Part shown: piece after piece, positions 1-12,118 of the stretch
Layout: every line of letters starts with the position of its first letter
Numbering within the stretch: the first letter of the stretch is position 1
Assembly (NCBI GenBank): GCA_032718475.1
Contig: JAUCBJ010002477.1
Location: 1-35,786 of the forward strand
Origin: Nemertoderma westbladi
Lineage: Eukaryota; Animalia; Xenacoelomorpha
Length of the DNA: 35,786 nt
Direction: 5' to 3'
Program-made: the position numbers and the translations under genes
Notes under the pieces: generated by a model
What the model saw: the letters and a program-made list of their open reading frames with translations, nothing else
Databases searched by the model: none
Told to the model about the DNA's origin: nothing

Positions 1-15
1 TATATCGAACCGCCG

Positions 16-1470
16 ATGTCCCAAGAGCAACTTACGCGTGAATTGGACTATCGAAAATTCACCGCTCGCTATACGCATCGTAATAGTACGTATATGGACT
101 TCCTAACTACCGGCCATCCTATCGATTTACATGATACGGACGATGTAGACACCGAAAGGGAAATGGTTCTATTTAAATATCATACCCAGCGGAGTCGTAA
201 CGATAAACCGAGAATAGAACACGAAAATTCTATTCGTAACAGACTGGAAAGAGAAAACGTTGAAGAACCGGATAAACGCATCGACTTCAACGACTACCTG
301 GAATTTTGGGAGAAACCTATCTCAACATCGCCAGCCAGCAGAACCTCGAGACTCTATATCCTCAAGGTATACATCATGAACCCATGGTAGAACTCAAACG
401 GCTCTATTTCACTATGATGTATCTTACCGCCGATCGTCCACTACCTGTTATCCCGGATAGTTTTGAACAAATGGAAGAATATTGCAAAACTGGAGAACGA
501 TCACCCGCGTTTCCTCTACAGGACGTACGTCTTTGGTGTTATTGTGACGAATGCCCTAGACCCAACCAACAAACTGAAGGACACAAACGTCCGCTGTTCC
601 TATTTCCACGAACAACCGGCGATGGAAATTTATTGCGCGTAATGCAGACTCAATAACTTGCACATTTTTGCGGTTTGCCCTCAATTTATGACTCAATGTC
701 ACCATTGTCAACTAAAGGGACACGCCAGTTTCGATTGCCCTTTTAATCACGATTTGGAAAGCGTAGATGAAATGATCACACTACGTTACATCAGAGCTTG
801 GGAAGCGAACGCTGATTTACATTGTGATTCGCGCCATCGTTATTATCCTGGACGCGCTTACGAAGGAGTTTATGCGTTCCATCCTTATCTATTCGCTTCT
901 GTCGAACAGAAATCACGCATATCGAGTTACGAACTACTGAAGCGCGTCGGAGAATGTATTTCAACCAAGTTCGTACGCAAATTTCTCAGGAGTGTTAATC
1001 CTAGCGACCTTCATTCATATAACCTAATCAATTTTATCCGTCAGGATCCGGACTATGGAGACTTATTTGTTAACTCACACCCCGAGTTACAGGAAGTATA
1101 TCGACGGCCTTACGAATACCGAGCCCGCGAACGCGAGTTGGAAAGAACCATTAAACCCAGGAAGTTTCTGACTGCCTATGGTCCACCCACGGCTCTCGTT
1201 CAGACCACTCGTAAAGGACCCGTAAGAGCGGCCGTCCTAAAACGCGCTCTAAAGGCTGTTAGACCCCTCTCTCCCGACGTTGATGTCAACCAACCCGGCA
1301 CTTCGACCGGCGGATACACCGACCATAATCCTACACCCTCTGATGCAATCATATTGCACCCTTCACCCAGGAGTTATAGCCCTCCTTGTAAAGTGGCTCG
1401 CCCCAAAGAGAAAAAGACTCTGGCCAGCTTTAAAAAACTGCGTAAACGCCGTCCGCGCAAGAAAGACTAA
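16..1470 (+). pseudogene. Frameshifted ORF of an LTR retrotransposon with three tandem CCHC-type zinc knuckles and a basic C-terminus
   Basis: ORFs 16-390, 306-656 and 658-1470 join by frameshifts. The reconstruction gives CDEC-x9-H-TNVRC, CA*CRLNNLHIFAVC and CHHCQLKGHASFDC, and ends KKLRKRRPRKKD. It lies ~70 bp upstream of a purine tract followed by TG. Confidence 0.6.
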
Positions 1471-1548
1471 CTGTTTAGAGTATTTACGTATATTAGAAAC
1501 TGTGATTTTGTATATTTTATAGACTCAAATCCCATTTTCTGGGAGCGG

Positions 1549-2195
1549 TGTAAAAGCTTTTGTGGGATATAACTGGCCCTTTTGCTTTGCAATCCAGTTT
1601 CCCCCCAGGCGCTGGAATACTCTAAAAAGCTCTCTAACTCGAATGATGCAAAGCGACCGGCTGATTGGCTGATTTGTTATACGAGGGGCTCCTTGCTATG
1701 TTCTATAGGCCAACCAGAGCTATAGCAGCAGAGTATGCAACCAGGGCAACCGAGCGGAGTGACTCATTTTGTGTGTTGGCCAAGGGTTGCAAAAATCCTG
1801 ATAGTTCGGCATTTAGATATTCGTGGAACTTGTGGAATCTGGTGCTCTGCCAATGAGAGCTATTCCTCTCTGTGTAAAAAGATACAGTCAGAGAGTTTTG
1901 ACTCACTCTCTGTTGTGTTGTTTCTATCTAGGCCAGGAACACCGGCTCTAGAGTCAATTCGTTTCAGACTTTAGAAGAAACATTAGTAGGCTTAGATTAT
2001 AGAGCGTATAACTGTTATCAGTCCAGTCTTAACGGCACATACATTATCATATCATATCTTAACCTACCGTCTTAATGCTTTTTACTGTTGTTATTATTTT
2101 GTATCAGTTGGTTGAATATTATTTGGAGAACATCTATAAAGAACCCAAATTTCCCAATTTTCTTGATACACTACAGGTTAGAGAGACGGGTTACA
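1549..2195 (+). mobile_element. Probable 3' LTR
   Basis: Purine-rich tract GGGAGCGG (1541-1548) is followed by TGTAAAAG; candidate end GGGTTACA at 2195 (alternative AAGCTTACA at 2567). Non-coding. No partner LTR in the window, so the right boundary is uncertain. Confidence 0.45.
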
Positions 2196-2741
2196 TATAG
2201 TGATTGCGACTTATATTATTGTGGTTTGTAGTGAGTTTAATGCTATTTGATAAGCACTACATGAGTCAATTGCTGTTCTCTTTATATATGATAAAATTCA
2301 TTGACGGTCGGCAAATTAGTGTGCAGTATTGTGTGTTACCGGTAGTGCGCATGATTGTGACTGATAACTAAGCATTTCCTAAAGAATGCGCCTCATACGT
2401 GAATCATAAGCCTTACCGACTTACTGTTGTGTTTAGTATAAGTCATATCTCTGTTTACCTAGATAGAGCGCCACGTCCTAAAGGAACTGTTAATATTTCC
2501 CGAAAGTGAATAATATTGGTCAGAAATTATTTATTAACGATCAATCGAATAATACAGTAAGCTTACACTGCAATAACAATCTAAGCCCTCCGAATCCAGT
2601 CTCCCGGGTATATCCAGCGGGTGAATGGACGCGCACTAGGCTGGCTTCGGCTAATGTTGTGTTTATTGGTATTAAATACTTGTCAATTTCTAAAGTCTAT
2701 TTATAAACCAAAAGACATATAAATTTTGGCAGGTTAAACTG

Positions 2742-4860
2742 CTAAAGGTCTTCAAAAGCGCGTACAATAACATCAGATGCCAATTCATTGCGTTCGACTT
2801 GTTTTAGAAACATGTTAAACTTAAATGCTATCTCATTTTCTTTGTGCCACTCCTGCGTATTCTTATGTGCTTCGTGTTTAACCCGAAAGCACTGTTTGAC
2901 TTCTTCAGCTGTGACGGTCTGATGTGTTAGACATTTCAGGCTATCTTCTGGAAAATTTCTCATAATATCATAAACTCCAAAAATATTCAACCCTTCACGG
3001 AACTTATTAATTTCTTCAGAGACAGTACTAAGTAAGATATGCTTCAGTAGCAGATCTACAACTTTGTCTTTCTCGTCCACGGTTATGTTTGCTTGTAAAA
3101 CTCCCATGTCGAACCGCTCAGTAAGACTATTTACTGCATTGATCAAATCACCTTCGGTGATAGCCTCTTTTATAGTACTGACTCTTTCAATTAGTTCATC
3201 ATCTTTAGGTATATCACTAATATTTATACTAAACGGTAGTTCCAGGATCACACGGGCAAATACATCACTGAAACAATGTGGCCTAGGGGCGCCATTTAGA
3301 AGCGAAATCCCAACTAATTTCCCAAGATGATAAAATCTTTGGATGTCAGACAAGTTATGTCGAAAAACATACTCTGGATAAGATCCACGAAACAAGGATG
3401 GAGGCTGATGGAGAAAAAATAATGATAACAATTCTCGTAAAGGCCCTCCTGTGTCCACAGCTTCTTCGTCCAAAAACTTAACCATCAAGGTTATCTCAAT
3501 CTCTTAATCTCTTCGGTATCCATAATATCATACACACTTTCCACGATACGACTTCGTGGAACTTCTAGAACTGAGTGGCTTGGATCCATTTCCTTTAAAG
3601 CTTTGAATAAACTGGTCAATGAAGATGATAGATTGCTTTCAACTTCGACAGCAATAACAGAATCGGCACCTGTAGTATCACCATTCTCTTTGATGTGATC
3701 TACATCAACATCATTATCTAATACAGACATCGGGGTATCGGCAGTGTTCTCGTGATTGTCGTTATGACTAAAGAACAGAGATCTCAAATTTGCCAATTCC
3801 TCACGTGTGTATTCATACATTGTTGTAGGTTCTGTAATATCAGTAAAAGTATCAGCATTAGCGGTCGAAGTAGAGGATAGTAAATCTATCATTTCCGACT
3901 CATTGTAATTTTCATTAAGTTTACAGTTATAACAAATGGTTTCAGTTCGTGGTCGGCTGGTCGAGCATACTGGACAAATTAATCGCCTTTCACTACATAT
4001 GGAAGCATTAAAATTACCCTCCACAGAATCACCAATAACTTCAATATCAGAGTTTTCTGTATTAAACGAGTTTTGATCACCTGTATCCAAACTTTCAGTT
4101 TCAGTTCCCAAGTTAACATTATTATTAGCAGTCCCAGTGGTTCCACTTCCATTTGAAATTTATATTTTCCTCTTGCCAAACAGAGTTAGTTTGGGAATTC
4201 CCGCAACACAGGTGCTTTCCAAATATTTATGTAGAGATGCATGATTCTCGATATCTTCACCAAAGTCATTAAGTAAATGGAAATCATAATCTGATTTATT
4301 GCAAGGCCTCTTTTGTAATTTCAACCGTGTATTATTCCCCATATCATCAAAGAATATCGTATCAATAACCTGTGATTTGATTTCAGTCATAGAGCTCTTC
4401 ACTGGTATTTTCAGTTTTAAAATCGTAGAAACACCTAGTGGTTTTTTTTAGGATAAACGGTTGTCCTTTGCCTGTGTCTATTTTACAGTTAAAATGCAAA
4501 CACTTAGTAGTAGCTGGTGGTCGTCCCACTTTCGCATTAAATGGTTTTCTTCCTAAGCCGGAAATTGGCTTTGGTTTGGAGCACAATGAATCGATAGAAC
4601 TAGGTGCACCACGAACAGCAGTGTCAGGCTCAGTAGTTTTATTTATGGCAACTGAGGCAGTGGAACTTAGGTCACAATTATTAATAACATTACCAGTATT
4701 GTAGTCAGAACTTCCAGAGAGGCCCAAATCGGTATGATTATGACTAGGCCTATCACCTTCTCCAGAAAATCTACGATATATTGAATCTATTCTTAAGTAA
4801 GTATCCCTCCTTATATCATTGAGGAGATTTCGCCGAACCCTATTACCGGTATCATCTCTG
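2742..4860 (-). pseudogene. Degraded G2E3-like HECT-domain ORF (N-lobe only), probably transposon-borne
   Basis: Four consecutive minus-strand ORF pieces (4383-4727, 4160-4402, 3491-4111, 2742-3488). HECT N-lobe motifs VKFLDEEAVDTGGPLRE, FYHLGKLVGISLLNG and FREGLNIFGV are present, plus a CPVC..CYNC zinc ribbon upstream. The C-lobe with the catalytic Cys is absent. Confidence 0.75.
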
Positions 4861-5294
4861 TGGTTTAATTAAATCCAATACAGCAATACATACAAATGTA
4901 GGGCCTACATACAACAGTCTGACAGTACAAACCTTGCGCTTGCCCAATAGAACAAAATACTGGAATAACTGAATAAGGCCACATACAGTATGCTGGTTTG
5001 AAGCGTTTCTTCTGCTGTTCTGTTCTGTCCTTACTCTCATCCAACCCATCTGCCCATGCAGACATGTCAGCATGTGACAAAATACTAACAACATACAACG
5101 TAAAAATACATAAAAACTGACATACCAACGTCCAGACGTCTGCACTGCTCCACTGCACGCCAGGCTGCAAACCACCACTGAACCGCGCATAACGCCTGCG
5201 CACAATTTTTCAGCCCCGCAATATTGGACAATATTATCGCGCATGCAGGCATGCACCGAAAAAAAACGCGCACACCACATTTTAACAATGTAAA

Positions 5295-5653
5295 CGAGAA
5301 ACATATGCCAGCGAAGCGAGCAAAACCTTTTCATTAACATTGCAAAATGAACAGATGAAAAAGAAACGCGAGCAAAACTCAAAGTGAGAGAAATTTGTTC
5401 ATTCTAAGAGCTGAACAGTGCACAGTGCAAAATAATAAGATAAAGAAACGCGAGCAAAACACAAAAGTCTGAAAGTGAGCGAAATTTTTTCCTTCTAACA
5501 GTGCAAAATGAAAAAGAAACGAGAGCAAAACTCAAAGTGAGTGAAAGTTTTTCATTCTACATGTAACAGTGCAAATTGAAAAAGAAATGCGAGCAAAACT
5601 CAAAGTGTTCGAAATTTTTTCATTCTAACAGCGCAAAATGAAAAAGAAACGCG
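5295..5653. repeat. Tandem array of ~60-bp units (about 5-6 degenerate copies)
   Basis: Recurring AAAGAAACGCGAGCAAAACTCAAAGTGAG.GAAATTTTTCATTCTAACAGTGCAAAATG. Confidence 0.85.
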
Positions 5654-5689
5654 ACTACCAGTCTGCTTTATATTATTTACAGCGTTAAT

Positions 5690-5806
5690 TGTAAAATTTT
5701 ATGAAAAACCATAAAAAACCAATTTTTTCGCCTTTTTTTAAAAGTTGGTTAAACCAAAAAACCATAAAAAACCAATGGTGAGAAAAACCATTGGTTGCCA
5801 ACCCTG
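5690..5806 (-). mobile_element. Terminal fragment of a hAT/P-like MITE
   Basis: The minus strand starts CAGGGTTGGCAACCAATGG, followed by short subterminal repeats (AAAAACCA on plus). No partner end found. Confidence 0.4.
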
Positions 5807-6020
5807 TGTAAGTCATAATCAATAGCCTACCGGTGGTCCCTATTGAAAAGTTTTACATCTACGCCGAACCCCGAACACGTTGGGCGCTGCATTACAACAT
5901 GCATTCGGCGCAGACTATCAGACAGTTAGGCTCACATAGGTCTACAGTACTGTATTACAGTATGATGCACATTACGGTAGGCCTACAGAACAGCAGAAGG
6001 CTATGGCTGCAGCATGCAGA

Positions 6021-6295
6021 CACTTTAGTTTGAAACTTTTTTTAGGTTCCTACTTTAGTTTGTAACTTTTTTATGTCCTACTTTAGTTTGAAACTTTTTT
6101 TATTTCCTACTTTAGTTTGAAACTTTTTTTATTTCCTACTTTAGTTTGAAACTTTTTTATTTCCTACTTTAGGCCTAGTTTGAAACTTTTTTATTTCCTA
6201 CTTTAGTTTGAAACTTTTTTTATTTCCTACTTTAGTTTGAAACTTTTTTGCCGTTAAAAAAAATGAAAGTAAATTGGCCTAAACCAGCCACCGTA
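6021..6295. mobile_element. Right end of an IS3EU-like DNA transposon with a subterminal ~29-bp tandem array
   Basis: About 8 copies of CTACTTTAGTTTGAAACTTTTTTTATTTC end in ...CCAGCCACCGTA (6295), which is the reverse complement of the TACGGTGG terminus at 22966. Confidence 0.65.
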
Positions 6296-8189
6296 GTACC
6301 CACTTTTTGACCAATTATTTGACCATTATAATAGCTATTATCATGAGGTTTTTTGTTTTACAGTAGAACATAAATTTCATCTCCTTAGAGACGATAGCTA
6401 TTGTTTTTTGATGGTAGCTAGAATTTTTTTTAAGGTAGCTTTCTCTACTGTTTTTAAAATTACAAATCCTAATTCTCGGTACATATTTTTTGATCAATTT
6501 TTCGACTTGTTAATATATATTATCATAATGTTCTTTTGTTCTAGAACATAAATTTCATCTTCTGAAAGACGTTAGCTATTGTTTTTTTTATGGTAGCTAG
6601 TGTTTTTTTAAGGTAGCTACTGTTTTTAAAATTACAAAACCAAATTTTTGGTAGCTATTTTTTATGAAATTTTGGACTTGTTAATGGATATTTCATAATG
6701 TTTTTTTGTTCTAGAACATTAATTTCACTTTTTGAAAGATGTTAGGACAGGATAGGTTACATGGTAGGACTTTATGGAACATGGTTTGGGGGAAGCCACT
6801 TACTTGTTAGACAATTTCTTTGGCTCCTCTTCTCCTTCATTGCCGAATGGTCCTTCAAGCTTACATATAAGCTTTTAGGAGACCAAATGGGCTCATCAAA
6901 CACTGTTGTTGTCATTTTCGATTGGCACAATTATATACGTGAGGTTATGCATAAGGAATTGGTCAATGCTAAACCAATGGGTGGGCCAGGGCCATTGATG
7001 AGTCGTTTTTCAGGGGAAGAAGGAAGTATAAAAGAGGTAGGAAATTACTTGGAGATGCAGTGCAACGTGGAATTATGGAAATCAGGTTGTTGGTCCATGG
7101 GTATTTGGGATGGTTTGTGTTCTGGCTTCTGGGGAGACAGATATACGTCTGTTCCGTGTTGCACGCAGAGATGCGCGCACTCTGCGACCAATTATAGAAA
7201 CAAATGTCAAGGGTGGACCACATACAAAGCGATGAATGGAGTGCCTATTGTGGCCCTAATCAAGGAATAACCAACGAAAAAAAAACCCATGGAAATGTGT
7301 AGACGGTAGCGGAGCATATACACATTCGTCAGTCTGTCACTCTAAGAAAAAGACCAAGAAAAAGTTTACTCGGATACAAAAAAAAGAAGGGGGAGGTTTG
7401 TAGATCCGTTCAATGTCATGTGGTCCCATGCAAAGCAAACTATAATGCGAAAAAAGCGTGGTACCGCGTGGTAAGCGTTGGTGAAACATCACTTAGTAGA
7501 ATTCTGTTGGCGTCAACTCCACAAGAAAACGCCATTTTTGGATGCCCTTGAAATGATAAAGAAATATTATTAAACATGATAAACAGTCTTTAAGCAACGG
7601 TACCGGTATAGTAATTTATATTTCTGACTGAGTGTAATAAAAAATATACATAATTTTACATTTACACAACTTGATTGACAACATGAATAATATTAACTGT
7701 ATTTTTTTACAGCACATAAAAAAACTAGCTAGTAAATAATTATGACTAGCTATAAACCCCTGGCTATAAAATTCAAATTACTAGCTACCATTACTCATAA
7801 ATTATTACACATAAATGTAATTGAGGATTAAATTATATTTTGTATTTTTTTAACTAGCTAATAAAAAGTACTAGCGAACACAAAATCAAAATTACTAGCT
7901 ACCATCTTACTGTCAGAAGGTCAAATATTTATTCTAATACAAAAACCCTCATGCTTAAAGCCATTTTTACAAGAAAACAGTAGGTCAAAATATATTTTCA
8001 AATTTTCAATCTAAATTTTTTTAACTAGCTAATAAAAAGTACTAGCTAACACGAAAATAAAAATTTATAGCTACCAACTAACTGTCAGAAGTTCAAATAT
8101 TTGTTCTAGAACAAAAAACCTCATAAAAAATGCCATTTTCATAAGAAAAAAATTGGTCAAAAAGTGGGTACCCATAACATAGTAGTACT
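6296..8189 (+). mobile_element. Merlin (IS1595/ISXO2-like) DNA transposon with long, internally repetitive TIRs
   Basis: Left GTACCCACTTTTTGACCAATT is the inverse of right AATTGGTCAAAAAGTGGGTAC(CCATAACATAGTAGTACT). The arms are built of GTTCTAGAAC/TAGCTA-containing repeats, with a transposase remnant inside. Confidence 0.8.
6755..7573 (+). pseudogene. Merlin/ISXO2-like DDE transposase pseudogene
   Basis: Across frameshifts: DWHNYIREV, MGGPG, IDESFFRGRRKYKRGR, GPWVFGMV, RLFRVARRDARTLRPII, SDEWSAY, FVDP, MWSHAK, HLVEFCWR. These match the canonical ISXO2/Merlin motif order. Confidence 0.88.
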
Positions 8190-9952
8190 GAGGAGTTATA
8201 TAACTTCCGAAAGGGGGCGATAAAGATATATCAGAAGAGACATATCTTACAGGAGGACTGGATAATGATAGGGTTGGTGAACCTATTTGTGACAGTGGTT
8301 ATCGACAGGGAGCCGACAGTGGTTATCGACAGGGAGCCGACGGTGTTTCTACTGACGGGAGCAGCTCTGAACCACAGGAGAGCCTTTAAGGTAGCCCTAG
8401 AAGGTCTTGAGACCACCCGGGGCAGAAGGGCAAGTTGGTGTATTATGATACCAGGCACCTGGTGGACAGAGAAGTAGACACCGTACAGGTGATGGAAGAA
8501 ATGTGAGGTGGATAGAGGAGGAGGAAAGAAAGCTAGAGGAAGTCGCCAGGAAAGAGAGGAGGGAGGCAGCAGGCAGATATAAGGGGAGGGGAGTATGATT
8601 TTGAAGCCCAAGACTTGGATGAGTTGAGGTGGGGATCAGAGACCTCGGGTGAGTTTCGGCTAGGGGATGAGGTGGATTGGATGGAAGAGACACCGATGCA
8701 TTCTACATCTGGACTGCAGGGAATGCCGATATCTGGGGGGTCCGAGAGTGACTTTGGAAGGAAGAGACCGAGAACGATGGAGGGGTGGAGGGTTACGGGC
8801 GAGTACCAGGCCAGGAAGGGACATGGTGGATCGACCGGGATCCCAGGTTTGGAGCCGCTCGTGGAAGAGGAAATATAGGAGGACGAGTTCGGGGAGATGC
8901 CCGCGATAGAGAGAATCGGCCGGGTGGACACGGACTGGGTGGACGGGAGAGTGGTGACAGCCAGCAGGGCGAGAGCCTTCTGGGACACACCCAGCAAGTG
9001 AGCCTGGGAGCATGGGGAGCCAGCAACGAACTTCCCAGCGAACACGATTCGGCTAGGCGAGCAACCGGGGATGGCGCCACGGGTAGTGTTTGGGGAGACA
9101 ATGCCGAGGGAGGAGGACGACATTGATATGGGTAGGGAGGACAAGGTTGAAATGTTCACTTATCAGCGGCTCCATAGGCCCAGGAGGCTACGCGGAGCCA
9201 AGGACGACTTGGGGCGAGAGACAGTGATAGATGGTTGCGACTACTGTGGGAGACTAACCCATCAGCATAAGAACTGTCTATACCGTTACCAGAAGGGGCG
9301 GCATGTCTTTACTGCTGCGAGTCTATGCATAGGATGGGCGTGTGCCCAAGGTTGCACCACAGGTGTTCGAAGTTTAAGTATAGGGGGCATTTTGAGCGCC
9401 AGTGCGATTGGATGGACAATGAGGAGAAGTTCCGTATTTACGAGGACTGGGCTGGCGTCGGAGTCATGACAAGGCAAAGGATGAAGGCCCAGGAGTTCCG
9501 GTGGGGGTTCTTCAACATCAACCTACAGGTCCACCAGGAGATTACTAAGAGGAGACTACCATTCATGTATCAGGAGGTAGTGATAGCATCATCATATGGA
9601 GGAGTTATTAACACCCAAAGATATCTAGATAGATGGTCACCAGAGAACAGGATGGAATTCAGGAACTTTCTGGTGGAGCATGTGCCGCGTGGGATGAAGA
9701 TGATCTTGTGGGACACTACCAGAGGGAAGCAGGAGGGGCACTCGGTGGGACCACCTGCGAAGCGACACCTTGAATTAATAACGCCCGCACCCAAGGATCC
9801 AACAACAGGGCTCGGCAAGACGGTATCAGCGCGAATGAGTAGCCTCAAGAGCAAACAGGAGGGGAGAAAAAGACCAAGGCAGGACGATGATAGAGGCAAA
9901 GAGATGAGATGGTTTCCAGAGGATACGGGAGGAGCACTCTAGGACTCGAGAA
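8190..9952 (+). pseudogene. LTR-retrotransposon 3' region: possible integrase tail followed by a degraded ORF with three CCHC zinc knuckles
   Basis: 8615-8878 and 9071-9469 are in the same frame across stops, then shift into 9325-9942. Motifs CDYCGRLTHQHKNC, CLYCCESMHRMGVC, CSKFKYRGHFERQC. The segment at ~8198-8265 (YITSERGR*RYIRRDI) weakly resembles a Gypsy integrase C-terminus. A 24-bp tandem duplication lies at ~8291-8338. Confidence 0.55.
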
Positions 9953-10122
9953 CTGATTACGGGCAGTGTTAATGTGCCTGGAAGGCACCGCATGGACATA
10001 TAAGTACAAAATAACTCACAAGTGCAATTATATAAGTGCAATTAGGACGTACGTACATAATCAATCAGTGCTAAAGAAATATAATATACGTAGCATAGTC
10101 AGATATAACCTTTTCCAATTAG

Positions 10123-10740
10123 CTACTGGGACTGGGGACTAATTGACTGTACAGGAGGACGAGACATTGGATGGACCTCACTTCTCAAATGCGAAATGCT
10201 TGTCCAGAAATGCTTCCGAAATGCTTGAAATGCATGTCCAGAAAGGTCATCAGCAAAGGGACTCAAAGAATTGTTGGCTGCTCTCTCTCCAGTAGGGGAT
10301 GAGACAGGCAGCCAGTCAGGAGATAACTGACGCCTGTGAGGCCAATTGTGTCCGGTAATGTCCAGCTTTCGGGGCAAATAACACACCCTGGTTTGCCATT
10401 CCATGGGGTGGCTGTCGCAGTGGAGTCGATATGAGGCCTATCACCCATATCTACTCTGGCGCACATGACCCACCATTGGCTGTGCAGCTCATCTGCTTCG
10501 TCATGCCCTGCACCCCTGCTGCCAGGTGCAGGAGGCAGTGAAGTGCACTCAGAGTGAACATGAGAACATTCTACTCCTGACCAGCCATTGGTATATCACC
10601 ATCTGCCTGGCCAGGCCATATACCCATGCAGCCAAGTATATGGGTCCTTAATCCAGGACCAAGGGCGTCCTTATCCCAGAACGAAGGGGGTCCTAGTTGC
10701 AGGACCAGATTTGCCCTAGTAAGAGGGTCTATGCAGCTAC
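10123..10740 (-). mobile_element. RTE-like LINE 5' UTR and ORF start (copy of the 27.5-28.1 kb element)
   Basis: The reverse complement is highly similar to 27583-28130 and shares the peptide LPVS.PTGERAANNSLSPF.DDL. It is preceded on its own strand by (GTCAG)4 at 10741-10760. Confidence 0.85.
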
Positions 10741-11339
10741 CTGACCTGACCTGACCTGACATGCGATCTATAGGTGCGACCTTGATCCTTACACACGAAC
10801 TTAGAAACTGAAAATTAAAAAACCCCTCCATAACTTTCCCTCAATTAGCATTGATGGACTATAGATTACAGTGAGATGGTACAGGTATATATACTATAGG
10901 CCTACCCTCTACCCTGTAATATAGCTAATTATTTTACAGTATGAATGAAGCCTACAGTATGTACTGTCAGCAGACATTGTGCAGTTCCAGTGTCACAGGG
11001 AAATCTGCCCCCCCCCCCTCCCCTCCCACAAATGCTTCTGGAATGCACAAGTGGGAATGTTAGACCCGACGAAAGTGTGAAGTGAGGATGAAACGGCAAA
11101 CGGGTTGAGTGAGAGAGAAGCATGGGGAGAAGGTGCTAGGATTTGGGAGAAAGTAAGGAGTGCAAGATCCAAGTGTGGGGAGTGAGCAGAGAGAAAGATG
11201 AGTCCTATGGGACTGGTGAGCGAGGAGAACGGATGATAGAGTCTGAGAAAAAATTATGTGCGAAGAGAGGGTGATCGTCTAAATAGAGATGCCAGATGCC
11301 TTGGTACAGCTTAGCTCGCAGATGTACCAAGGATGGGTA

Positions 11340-12118
11340 GTGAAAACAGACCCAGGGGGGCCAGCCTGGAAAGCTGGCCCCGAGAAAAGAATTCCACCCC
11401 ACATCCAATACTAGATTGGATTCCAGTGGAATTGGAGCGCACTAAAGGTTGATGCTATCTTCTCACTGGGAAGATAGCTTGGGGGGGGGGAGTGTTAGCG
11501 GATCAAATTCGCTGCACCACCCAGCGGAAAATGGGGAAAGTGGCTTTTTACCAATTATAGTTGGCTAGGCGACATTACCAATATAATGTCACCTACCAAC
11601 GAACGGAGGCAATATACACTGCCAGCCACAAGGAGAGATGACAGGTTACAAGCCATCTCGTGGTGAGAAAGAAAGCTAGCACGTGCACACAGAGATTAGG
11701 GATTGTCAGAAATAGAATTAGATAAATGTCGAATAGATTAGCCAATGGTGGGGCAGCTTACCATCTGATTAATGCGCATTCATTGGCCAGGCCAAACAGA
11801 AAGTAGCAATATTACATATGTGTTAGTAATTTAACTGTTGTCTTTATTACCTGTCGTTTAGTTGGTTTATACTGAGTGTGGAAGCAAGACAGTTTTGACC
11901 GTCGTCATTAACCATGCTATTATTGTATACTGATTGTGCTATATTGTATTCTGAGATTACGAACAACTGCAACTATAAAACTCAGTTTTTGTTTCGGCCT
12001 CCGGCCTTTCAGATACCACAAGCCTTTCAGCAGCCAGCGGACACGGCGACGCATACATTCCAACACACACACACACACACCAGTCGGGATTCCCTCACCA
12101 ACTCGGGGATCCCGCACA
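11340..12118 (+). mobile_element. LTR retrotransposon 3' end: internal remnant, poly-G PPT and LTR (11493-12118)
   Basis: G10-AG tract, then TGTTAGCGGATC...GGATCCCGCACA (TG..CA with imperfect terminal inverted repeat). Homologous to 23820-24643. May be the true 3' end of the element at 8190-10120. Confidence 0.75.

Noticed and set aside
4852-5382. Overlapping minus-strand ORFs of 67-176 aa
   Set aside because: Cys/Val/Met-rich translations of CA-rich and tandem-repeat sequence; no recognisable domain.
5295-6249. Tandem arrays as possible CRISPR arrays
   Set aside because: Head-to-tail units without unique spacers, no cas genes, eukaryotic context; the same applies to the arrays at 23030-23180 and 24945-25160.
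8231-9899. Many overlapping ORFs on both strands suggesting a compact viral-like locus
   Set aside because: Ser/Pro-rich antisense shadows of one GA-rich degraded plus-strand ORF.
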